In this document: positions 8,863-17,004 of the stretch, piece after piece
Layout of the letters: the number at the start of each line of letters is the position of its first letter
How positions within the stretch are numbered: position 1 is the first letter of the stretch
NCBI GenBank assembly: GCA_038108555.1
Contig: JAYNIA010000016.1
Location: forward strand, 1 to 45,892
Length of the DNA: 45,892 bases
Direction of reading: 5' to 3'
From: Nitrospinota bacterium
GTDB lineage: Bacteria; Nitrospinota; Nitrospinia; Nitrospinales; VA-1
Notes under the pieces: model-generated
The model's input: only the letters and a program-made list of their open reading frames with translations
Told to the model about the DNA's origin: nothing
Database searches by the model: none
Program-made: the position numbers and the translations under genes

Positions 8863-10773
8863 TCACCCGTGATCCAGGGGAATGGTTAATGTCTGGTTGG
8901 AGGAGTCTAGCATAAAGCGGTAGAGTAGAAACCCGTTTTTTGCATAAAGCTGTTCTCCATGTTTAATCAGTAAATTTTTAAATATGGCTCTTTCACCCAT
9001 GGTTAAAGCAGAGTTCTTTCCAAATACGTAATCAAAATTGAATAATACATGGGTGATTCCCCGCTTTTTTAACCGGATCAAAATGTCTGCCGCATAAACT
9101 CCCTTATCAATGATCTCAGTCAAGGTATGTGCTTCGAAAAAGGTGTCGCTGAAAAAGGGTCGATCCATCAGGTATCCGAAGTTTCTCATATAAACAAGCA
9201 ACACCTTGTCATCTTTCGTCAACATTTCATTGGCCGCCTGATAAGAAGGAAAAGCTTTTATTTGCCGGGCCAGAAACTGTTCCCGTGATTCTTTCTTTAG
9301 AAGGTAGGACAAGGGATTAACCTGAAACCATTCTTTCGTTATTGCTGAGGTATTGAAAAACAAACCGAGAGCCAGGATTCCGGTTAATAAAAGCTTTTCC
9401 ATCTTCCCGATTTGGTATTTTTGTGTCAGTCCAGCTAGGCCGAAAATCAGTAGAACCGCGAGAAAGGCCAATGCCGGTGCCAAAAGACGGATATATTGGG
9501 TTTGTACGAACCAGAATACCAGTAACAATACACACACAATAACTGCAGGGAAAGATTTGCGATTCAAACCTATAAGGGCAGGGAATAATAGTAAGTAAAG
9601 GATTCCAACCTGCCCATCAAACTTGAGCGAATGAGGTTCGCTGAAAAACGTCAGGTTGATGGGGAGTGATAAAAAATCTAAAAAGCTGTGTCCCATTCCA
9701 AAAGAGGAATAGTATTGAAATTGCATTTGGGAACGTGCGATGTCCCAGTTAATTTTGTCTTTCCCGTCAAAAATATTCATGAAAAAGGGAGCCACCGGGT
9801 TTCCTGTAAAAAAGTAGTTCCGGGCCAGCCAGGGGGAAAGGATCAATAGCGAACCCAAAACCAGGATCAGGCATTGGGCCAGGGTTTGCCGTGAGTTGTT
9901 TTGGGATCGGCCCTGAATCGCGAGTCCCAGAAAGGCCAGTGGCAAAATGATTACTGAAGTTAACTTGGTCGCCACAGCAGCGCCTGCAAATAGTGTCATT
10001 AAGATGAACCACCCAGCCTGTTTTCTCTCGTAGCCGTTTTCCCATGAATAAAAGGCCAGAAATATGTAAGCGGCTGCCTGCAAATCAACATAGGCAGAGG
10101 AGGCCACACTGAAAAAAGTGGGAGTGGCTATAAATACCAGCGGGGTCAACAGGGAAAAAATTTCATTGGTGTGTTTTTTGGTGTAATGCCAAAGTGCAAA
10201 CAAAAGCAAAAAAACGATTCCCAAACCTGTCAACTGTGCTAAAGAATCCGAACTCAAAGCCAAAGCAAAAAGATAAAGCATCTCTATTTGCTGAGGGAAA
10301 AAGGAATAAATATTGTTGGGCAGGCTGATCAAGCCACCCGCTTCAAGATAAGCCTTGGGTGCTGCCAGGTGATAAACGAGTGCATCGGTAGCAAATGCAG
10401 GGGCCAATGCCAGACATATTAAAAGAAGGGAAAGTAGCCCAAGAAAGAAAAGGGCCATATTTCTTATTCCACCATCTTCTGCGGGTTTTGGTGTGAGTTT
10501 GCTGATAAAAGCCGGAACTTTTTTCAGGTGCAACAGGTTTTTCCAACCCAGAGCCAGAAAAATCCCTAAAACTCCCCAACAGGCCATGGGATGAATCCAA
10601 CCGGAAAAGACAAGGAAGGTGATGATCCCGGAAAAAATAATAGATCCCAGTGTGGTGGAGAATAAAACAGCTTCACTTGTATTTGAAAATTTTAATCCGG
10701 ATATTTTGTTTGAGAGGAGTTGTCCGGAATTATGGAAAGCCAGAAAGATTAAAAGGAAGAGTGCGAAATCCAT
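8863..10773 (-). CDS. Polytopic membrane glycosyltransferase (GT-C fold, ArnT/GT39-like)
   Basis: Many TM helices; DALVYHLAAPK, SAYVDL, ATK and PWLARNYFFTGNPVAPF motifs. Confidence 0.75.
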   Translation of the reverse strand: MDFALFLLIFLAFHNSGQLLSNKISGLKFSNTSEAVLFSTTLGSIIFSGIITFLVFSGWIHPMACWGVLGIFLALGWKNLLHLKKVPAFISKLTPKPAEDGGIRNMALFFLGLLSLLLICLALAPAFATDALVYHLAAPKAYLEAGGLISLPNNIYSFFPQQIEMLYLFALALSSDSLAQLTGLGIVFLLLFALWHYTKKHTNEIFSLLTPLVFIATPTFFSVASSAYVDLQAAAYIFLAFYSWENGYERKQAGWFILMTLFAGAAVATKLTSVIILPLAFLGLAIQGRSQNNSRQTLAQCLILVLGSLLILSPWLARNYFFTGNPVAPFFMNIFDGKDKINWDIARSQMQFQYYSSFGMGHSFLDFLSLPINLTFFSEPHSLKFDGQVGILYLLLFPALIGLNRKSFPAVIVCVLLLVFWFVQTQYIRLLAPALAFLAVLLIFGLAGLTQKYQIGKMEKLLLTGILALGLFFNTSAITKEWFQVNPLSYLLKKESREQFLARQIKAFPSYQAANEMLTKDDKVLLVYMRNFGYLMDRPFFSDTFFEAHTLTEIIDKGVYAADILIRLKKRGITHVLFNFDYVFGKNSALTMGERAIFKNLLIKHGEQLYAKNGFLLYRFMLDSSNQTLTIPLDHG

Positions 10774-10834
10774 CAGCTTAATCTAAAGGGGAGCAGGCGC
10801 CCTGAAAAAGGCAGGCAATTTAAGCAAGTCGATT

Positions 10835-12001
10835 TTAACTGGAAACTCCGCTTGTCTCGTTTTGGACAAACAACGAAAATTCTTCGCTGGCTTCTTTGTA
10901 ATCATCAAACCAGGCGGCCTCCGGATTTCTATAAAATGCTAAAAATCGGGCGTTATCTTCGGGGCTTGCTGCGCGTGCGTATTTGAAGAAAATTTGATCT
11001 TCGGTCATTCCCACAACTTCAATTTTTCCCGACTCGTGAGACATGACCAGTCGTGCTCTCTTTGCCAGGCCGGAACAACGTATCCTGGCTTTTTCAAAAA
11101 TTTCATAACCTTTTTCAATGGGTACCGAGTAAGTTTCATTTCCCAGTGTTGGCCGACACAAAAACACATAGTATGGGGGAACTCCCATAAATGAAAGCTT
11201 TGAAAACAATTCTGCGAGTACATCAGGATCATCATTCACCCCTTTAACCATAGGCGTCTGGTTAACCAGCGTCACCCCGGCATCCATCAACACATTAAGG
11301 CCTTCAATAGCCTGAGGTGTGAGCTCCCGCGGATGGTTGAAATGAGCCATGATATAGATTTTTTTCTCCTGGGTGCTGTATTTGCGAAACATTTCCAACA
11401 AGGAGGAATCATTAAGGATTCGAAAAGGATTGAACGCAGGGACCTTGGTTCCAATGCGAATGATTTTAACGTGATCAATTTCACGGAGCTGTTTAATGAT
11501 CGGCTCCAGTTTGCTGGTCGAAAGGATTAAGGGATCGCCGCCCGTCAATAATACGTTGTTGATTTGTTTGTTATTTTTAATGTACTCAATTCCAGGACTG
11601 ACATTCTTAGTAACCTCATCATTCTCATTCATAAACAAACGTTTACGAAAACAGAAGCGGCAATAGGCAGCACAAACTTCGTTGACCAGCAACAATGCGG
11701 TGGAGGTGTATTTATGCTCTAAACCATGGACTTTAGTGTATTTTTCTTCATTGGACGCATCAAGCTCACCCCATTCATTCAATTCTTCCACATCGGGCAT
11801 GATGATGCGTTTGATAGGATCGTTTGGATCGTCCCAATCAATGAGAGATTGGTAGTAGTCGTTGGTCCTGAATACGAATTTATCGTTAACTTTTTGCATT
11901 TCCTCCCGCTCGGTATCGGTGAGTTGAGGAATTTGCTCAAGCTTGGTTAAGTATTTGATTTTTTTAAATTGTGAGCTGAGGTGTTTTAATAAAACGTTCA
12001 T
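10835..12001 (-). CDS. KamA-family radical SAM/PLP 2,3-aminomutase (substrate probably not lysine)
   Basis: GLEHKY, CAAYCRFCFR, LLTGGDPL, HFNHPRE, NQTPMVKGVND, PYY and SGKI; GGAGG RBS. Confidence 0.92.
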   Translation of the reverse strand: MNVLLKHLSSQFKKIKYLTKLEQIPQLTDTEREEMQKVNDKFVFRTNDYYQSLIDWDDPNDPIKRIIMPDVEELNEWGELDASNEEKYTKVHGLEHKYTSTALLLVNEVCAAYCRFCFRKRLFMNENDEVTKNVSPGIEYIKNNKQINNVLLTGGDPLILSTSKLEPIIKQLREIDHVKIIRIGTKVPAFNPFRILNDSSLLEMFRKYSTQEKKIYIMAHFNHPRELTPQAIEGLNVLMDAGVTLVNQTPMVKGVNDDPDVLAELFSKLSFMGVPPYYVFLCRPTLGNETYSVPIEKGYEIFEKARIRCSGLAKRARLVMSHESGKIEVVGMTEDQIFFKYARAASPEDNARFLAFYRNPEAAWFDDYKEASEEFSLFVQNETSGVSS

Positions 12002-12439
12002 CTAGCACCTCCTTGATAAACAGTTAATATATTGTTTTTTATTGAGTTTTCTCCCCGAAAAAGCTCAAACAAGCAAAAACCATCCCCTTCCTCAAAACTG
12101 AGGAAAATAGAACTTAAAATTCTAGGGAGAGGATTATTTAGGTACTTAGCCGGGCATCACCACGATTAAGTAAAGTGAGGGTTTCGACTTGTGTTCAAAT
12201 AATACTTGATTCGTTCGTGGCTCGCAACCCTATTTGGGTGAATCCACCCCAGTTTGGTTATGAATAAAAAATTCAAGTTATTGAAAATTAAAAGATAAGT
12301 AAATTATTTATAAAAGTTGTCTCAGGGTTAATCCTCAGCGTTAATGAAAGAAGAATTTTCTTTGAAATTACGAATTAAACCAGTTTTTCGGTATGAAGTT
12401 TTGCCCAAAAATTGAAGGTTTTTTGCGTAAGAAAATTTA

Positions 12440-12467
12440 TTGACAGAAAAACCTCATGGACTATAAT
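12440..12467 (+). promoter_or_regulatory. Consensus sigma70 promoter upstream of the cytochrome c genes
   Basis: TTGACA-16nt-TATAAT. Confidence 0.8.
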
Positions 12468-12646
12468 GCGATGCTTTAAATCAGCCTTTAATAGCATTCT
12501 CCTGATGAAGGGGGATATTCTGTTTGGGATGGTTCAATGGGCGGTTGGGATAGGCAATCCAAGCCCGTTTAATGAGGCAACAGACTGTTAATACAGGTTT
12601 TTTATAGTAAGCTTTGATCCACTATTTTAAAGAGGAGATTGTTTCA

Positions 12647-13075
12647 ATGAAAAAGGCTTTAATTCTGAGTGTGATGGTAGTATTCAGCTTGTTTGCAGTT
12701 AGCTCTGCTTTCGCAGGCGGAACATGTCCACAACCTCGCAAAACCAAAGCGGCACCTGGCAGTGTGGCAAAAAAAGACATGACTGCAAAAGCGGATGCAG
12801 CAAATGGTAAAAAACTCTATCACAAAACCGCAAAACCTATGGCTTGTAAAAACTGCCATGGTGACAAAGGTGATGGAATGGGTAAATTGGGTAAAGCTTT
12901 GAAACCCGGACCTCGAAACTTCACCTGTGCTAAAACCATGGCAAATGTATCTGCAGGTCAAATGTTCCATATCATCAAAAATGGTTCTGCCGGTACAGGT
13001 ATGTCCAAGCAGAAGCTTTCTGATAAAGAAATCTGGGATGTTGTCAAATACATCCGCTCTGAGTTCGTAAAATAA
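12647..13075 (+). CDS. Periplasmic monoheme cytochrome c, Lys-rich (paralog 1)
   Basis: Signal peptide (SSAFA), CKNCH, PRNFT and GSAGTGM (axial Met); GAGGAG RBS before ATG 12647. Confidence 0.92.
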   Translation: MKKALILSVMVVFSLFAVSSAFAGGTCPQPRKTKAAPGSVAKKDMTAKADAANGKKLYHKTAKPMACKNCHGDKGDGMGKLGKALKPGPRNFTCAKTMANVSAGQMFHIIKNGSAGTGMSKQKLSDKEIWDVVKYIRSEFVK

Positions 13076-13091
13076 AGTTAACACTTTATTT

Positions 13092-13128
13092 AAAAGGCAA
13101 ACCGCTTTTGCGGTTTGCCTTTTTTTTT
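13092..13128 (+). terminator. Rho-independent terminator
   Basis: aaaaggcaaaccgc-tttt-gcggtttgcc followed by a poly-T run. Confidence 0.9.
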
Positions 13129-13260
13129 GCCTTTTTTATCTTTAGGCAACACTTTATATATATGGTGGATTGATTTAAAGTTCAGTCAGGTTCCATTTTT
13201 CCATGTAATAATTAATCTCTTATTGGAATTTTTCCCAATATTTTAAAAGGAGATAGTTTG

Positions 13261-13695
13261 ATGAAAAAGGTTTTTATATTGAGTGCTATAGTAATTTTTG
13301 GTCTTTTTACTGTTAGCTCTGCTTTCGCTGGAGGCAAATGCCCTCAGCCTCGTAAAACCAAAGCTGCTCCTGGTGGTATGGCTAAAAAGGATATGACCAA
13401 AAAGGCGGATGCGGCTAACGGTAAGAAAATTTACATGAAAACCGCAAAACCAATGGCTTGCAAAAACTGCCATGGGGACAATGGGGACGGAGGCGGAAAA
13501 TTGGGTAAGGCCCTGAAACCTTCTCCTCGTAACTTTACCTGTGCCGAGACTATGAAAAAGGTTTCAGCCGGCCAGATGTTTTTTATTATTAAAAATGGTT
13601 CCCCCAACACAGGTATGGTTGCTCACGGTAAAACTTTGAAAGATAAAGAAATCTGGGACGTGGTTAAGTACATCCGCTCTACTTTTGTAAAATAG
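13261..13695 (+). CDS. Periplasmic monoheme cytochrome c, Lys-rich (paralog 2)
   Basis: Signal peptide, CKNCH and GSPNTGM; long stretches identical to paralog 1; AGGAG RBS. Confidence 0.92.
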   Translation: MKKVFILSAIVIFGLFTVSSAFAGGKCPQPRKTKAAPGGMAKKDMTKKADAANGKKIYMKTAKPMACKNCHGDNGDGGGKLGKALKPSPRNFTCAETMKKVSAGQMFFIIKNGSPNTGMVAHGKTLKDKEIWDVVKYIRSTFVK

Positions 13696-13706
13696 TTTTC
13701 ATGAAC

Positions 13707-13742
13707 AAAAAAGGGTAAGCCGGGTGGGTTTACCCTTTTTTT
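13707..13742 (+). terminator. Rho-independent terminator
   Basis: aaaaaagggtaagcc...gggtttaccc followed by a T run. Confidence 0.8.
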
Positions 13743-13774
13743 ATAGCCTTTTCCGTTCATTGCTCCATTGTATA

Positions 13775-14722
13775 ATGAACCCAGTTCAACTTTTTTCGGA
13801 GCCCTCTTTGAATTTCCCCCGGTATTCCAATTTGTTCCTGCATGGATTTTTTTTAATTTTGTTCCAAATCTTGGTGTGTGCAGGTCCCGTTTCTGCTGAA
13901 AAATTGGGCTCCTCAAAAAAACCGATTAGGATGATGTTTGTTCCCTCCGGGGATGCTCAGGTCATTATCAAAGGAGGCCAGGAGGTAGCCGGGCTTTTAC
14001 ATCAGGAAACCGGGCTGCATTTTAAATCTTCAGTGGCAACCAGTTATGCTGCTGTGATCGAAGCTATGGGTGCCGGCAAGGTTGATATCGGCTGGCTGGC
14101 CAGTTTCAGCTATGTATTGGCAAAAGAAAAATACGATGTTGAACTGCTTCTGATCGTCCAGCGGTTTGGCAGTCCCTTTTACAGGGGACAAATCATGGTT
14201 CGGACAGATAGCGGAATAAAGTCTTTAAACGATTTGAAGGGCAAACGGTTTGCCTTTGTCGATCCCGCGTCTACCTCAGGCCATTTATACCCCAAAACCC
14301 TGTTGCTTTCCAAAGGACTCGACCCCAAAACATTTTTTGGAAAATCCATATTCGCAGGCTCTCATAACGCCGTAGTCCTTTCAATATTGAAAGGGGAAGT
14401 GGACGGTGGAGCGGCCTATGATGGTTCGAGGGCCGCTGTTGCCAAATCTTATCCCGATGTTTTTGAAAAAATAAAAGTCCTGGCCTACACCCGTGAAATT
14501 CCCAACGACACGGTGTCGATTCGTAAAGAGTTTCCTGAAGACTTGAAAGTAAAAATAAGAAACGGACTCAAGAAAGTATCACGAAGTCCAAAAGGGAGCA
14601 GGATATTGAAAAAGTTGTATGGCATCAGTGGCCTGGTGGATCTGGATGGATTGTTCGATCCGGTCCGCGAAGCGGGAAGATTGCTGAATCTTAATTTGGA
14701 AACCTCGAATGCTAAAAATTGA
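13775..14722 (+). CDS. phnD: Phosphate/phosphite/phosphonate ABC transporter substrate-binding protein
   Basis: SYAAVIEAM, AFVDPASTSGHLYP, AGSHNA and IPND. Start uncertain: ATG 13775 chosen because the ORF-track start 13724 lies inside the terminator. Confidence 0.88.
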   Translation: MNPVQLFSEPSLNFPRYSNLFLHGFFLILFQILVCAGPVSAEKLGSSKKPIRMMFVPSGDAQVIIKGGQEVAGLLHQETGLHFKSSVATSYAAVIEAMGAGKVDIGWLASFSYVLAKEKYDVELLLIVQRFGSPFYRGQIMVRTDSGIKSLNDLKGKRFAFVDPASTSGHLYPKTLLLSKGLDPKTFFGKSIFAGSHNAVVLSILKGEVDGGAAYDGSRAAVAKSYPDVFEKIKVLAYTREIPNDTVSIRKEFPEDLKVKIRNGLKKVSRSPKGSRILKKLYGISGLVDLDGLFDPVREAGRLLNLNLETSNAKN

Positions 14723-15446
14723 ACAGCTTTGCAAAATATACAGCAAAGGGGTAGAAGCCCTTAAAGATATTTCTCTAACCGTTAAAGCGGGAGAGTTTGT
14801 GGTGGTGTTGGGTAAAAGCGGATCGGGTAAGTCGACGTTACTGCGTTGCATCAACCGCCTGGTTGAGCCGACCTCCGGAAGGATTTTTCTCAATGATGAA
14901 GAGATTACCGGAGCTTCCAATGGCAAGCTTCGTAGGCTGAGACAAAAAATAGGAATGGTGTTTCAACATTACAACCTGGTATCCCGCTACTCTGTTCAAA
15001 CGAATGTGTTGACCGGAAAACTGGCCTCCCAATCTACCGCAGCTTCTTTTTTCAATTTGTTTCCCCAGTCCGACCTGGAAAAAGCGCAAAATGTATTGCT
15101 GCGGCTGGGCCTGGATGATAAGGAATGGGAGCGGGCGGATAACCTGAGTGGCGGACAGCAACAACGGGTGGGTCTGGCGAGGGCTTTAATGCAGGAACCA
15201 AAGCTGGTTCTTGCCGATGAACCGGTTTCCAGTCTCGACCCTGCTACCTCCAGGCAGATTTTGGATTTGCTCGCAGAAATCAACAGAGAAGATGATGTGA
15301 CGATAATTTGCAACCTGCATTTGCCGGCATTGGCCCGTGAATATGGATCACGGATCATTTGTTTGAGTGAAGGACGAATGGTTTTTGATGGTCCTTCGAC
15401 TGAACTGAGCGAAAACGAACTCCACTCTTTTTACGATTCACAATAA
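14709..15446 (+). CDS. phnC: Phosphonate-type ABC transporter ATP-binding protein
   Basis: GKSGSGKST, LSGGQQQRV, LADEPVSSLDP and CNLH. Confidence 0.92.
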   Translation: MLKIEQLCKIYSKGVEALKDISLTVKAGEFVVVLGKSGSGKSTLLRCINRLVEPTSGRIFLNDEEITGASNGKLRRLRQKIGMVFQHYNLVSRYSVQTNVLTGKLASQSTAASFFNLFPQSDLEKAQNVLLRLGLDDKEWERADNLSGGQQQRVGLARALMQEPKLVLADEPVSSLDPATSRQILDLLAEINREDDVTIICNLHLPALAREYGSRIICLSEGRMVFDGPSTELSENELHSFYDSQ

Positions 15447-15500
15447 TCCTTGGCTGACGTACAATCTCCGGGAATATTAATAAGTTGAAATACTGAACCG

Positions 15501-15899
15501 ATGCTTGAACCCTCAGAAAAACAGTTGAGACAATTTGGCCTGATGATGGCGGGGGTGTTATCCCTTTTTTGTGGTGTTTTCTTTTACAAAAACTGGATCA
15601 TCGCTGCAAGTGTTCTCGGGGTCTTGATTTTGTTTTTTGGTGGTATGGGGCTTGTCGTTCCCATGGGTCTTCTTCCCGTCCATAAAAAATGGATGGCCTT
15701 TGCCGAGGTGATCGGGAACTTCAATGCCAAAGTTATTTTGAGCCTTGCTTATTTTCTGGTATTTACTCCCATCCGCCTGGTGGCCTCGCTATTCCGGGAA
15801 GACCCTTTAAGAAGAAAGATTGAACCTCAAAAAGAAACTTACTGGCTCGATTGTGAACCTCGTGATCCGGACCCCAAACGTTATGAAAAACAATTTTAA
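15501..15899 (+). CDS. SxtJ-family membrane protein
   Basis: QLRQFG, WMAFAEVIG, YFLVFTPI, DPL, TYW and terminal QF. Confidence 0.8.
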   Translation: MLEPSEKQLRQFGLMMAGVLSLFCGVFFYKNWIIAASVLGVLILFFGGMGLVVPMGLLPVHKKWMAFAEVIGNFNAKVILSLAYFLVFTPIRLVASLFREDPLRRKIEPQKETYWLDCEPRDPDPKRYEKQF

Positions 15900-15932
15900 T
15901 CCCGGCTCCCCAAATATTTAAAAGGACTTTGT

Positions 15933-16307
15933 ATGGAAAATATTCATAAAGAAATACTCGGATTGATGGGGAAAATCGATATCGACTGCCACGATGAAAA
16001 AGACACCATCATTATTGATCTGGCTGGCCAGTTGGATATTTATAATTCAAATGATTTGAGTCGCCTGATCGATGCCTATATTGAAAGGGGATTTAAAAAA
16101 TTCATCCTGAATTTGGACAAAGTCACTTACCTGGACAGTTCTACGATTAGCGTTTTTATCCATTGTTTTCAAGCTCTTAAGGAGGATGGATGGTTTGTTT
16201 TGGCGGGATTGCACGGGGCTCCCAAAGAAGTCTTTGAGCTGGCCAAACTCCATGATGTGTTTGAGATATATCCAGATGTTCCTGCCGCGATGAAGAAAAA
16301 TTCTTGA
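15933..16307 (+). CDS. STAS-domain anti-sigma factor antagonist
   Basis: LAGQLD, ILNLDKVTYLDSS and VFELAKL...FEIY. Confidence 0.9.
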   Translation: MENIHKEILGLMGKIDIDCHDEKDTIIIDLAGQLDIYNSNDLSRLIDAYIERGFKKFILNLDKVTYLDSSTISVFIHCFQALKEDGWFVLAGLHGAPKEVFELAKLHDVFEIYPDVPAAMKKNS

Positions 16308-16503
16308 ATTTTTGGACCTTTCTCCCCCAGTTGGTCTGAGACTTTACCCGTAGGAATGGTCTTTGAAATGTGTTACTTTATTTATATTCTATAAAGATCG
16401 GTTAAACAGTTTCTTAATCCGGTTGAATGGGTAGTTAAAAATCATGGTTCCTTATTAAAGGGCAAGCGTTTGTCGCTGGCTTCCCCCAATTTTGAGGCCT
16501 TAA

Positions 16504-17004
16504 ATGAAAATGCACTTGATGCGGGTGTGGATGGCGGCATTTGTTATGATAGCGTTCTTCTCCCCAATTCAGGTTTTAGCCTCGGACCCCGAAAATGGTT
16601 TTGACAAACCCCAGAATGCCTCAGATATACCCAAGGAACCGGGTTGGAGGCATCCTTCTTACCGGGGATGGGAGTCTTTGAGCGTTCCCGGTTTGGTGGC
16701 GACCTACTATGATTTGGATTTAGATCGTCAACTGGATTATATGGTCATTCGAAAAGTGATTCGAAAAGCCTCTTCGGAGGAAACGACGATTGAGCAAGCT
16801 ATCGAAACCGCTAAATTTGATAATTTAAGCGTATTCTTTTCGCATCCGGTCGTATATTTTACAAACAGAAATCCACTTTTTTATTGCTTGGGTGTGGATT
16901 ACAGACGCAATTGCCGAGACATCTGGGTCGATATTGCGGAAGATGGTTTGAACGGCAATGAAGAACTTTATACATTATCATCGCCGAGCCTTGGGGTTCG
17001 TTAG
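16504..17004 (+). CDS. Exported hypothetical protein
   Basis: Signal peptide (QVLA), YDLDLDRQLDY motif, two Cys, DGLNGNE. Confidence 0.7.
   Translation: MKMHLMRVWMAAFVMIAFFSPIQVLASDPENGFDKPQNASDIPKEPGWRHPSYRGWESLSVPGLVATYYDLDLDRQLDYMVIRKVIRKASSEETTIEQAIETAKFDNLSVFFSHPVVYFTNRNPLFYCLGVDYRRNCRDIWVDIAEDGLNGNEELYTLSSPSLGVR

Noticed and set aside
10835..12001. EpmB (EF-P beta-lysylation) or true kamA assignment
   Set aside because: No efp/epmA is adjacent and the lysine-binding aspartates are missing, so no gene symbol is given.
12228..12250. c-di-AMP riboswitch fragment (tttgggtgaatc)
   Set aside because: Only one short word matches; the other conserved segments are not found in order.
12162..12275. 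Small minus-strand leader ORF (~36 aa from TTG) upstream of the KamA-like gene
   Set aside because: No RBS and no informative composition; likely a chance ORF.
12500..12520. Hammerhead ribozyme or fluoride riboswitch (CTGATGA)
   Set aside because: The other required elements (GAAA and flanking stems, or the 5' GGCGATGG-type motif) are absent.
15501..15899. Saxitoxin biosynthesis
   Set aside because: The SxtJ family is widespread, and no other sxt or carbamoyltransferase genes are present.
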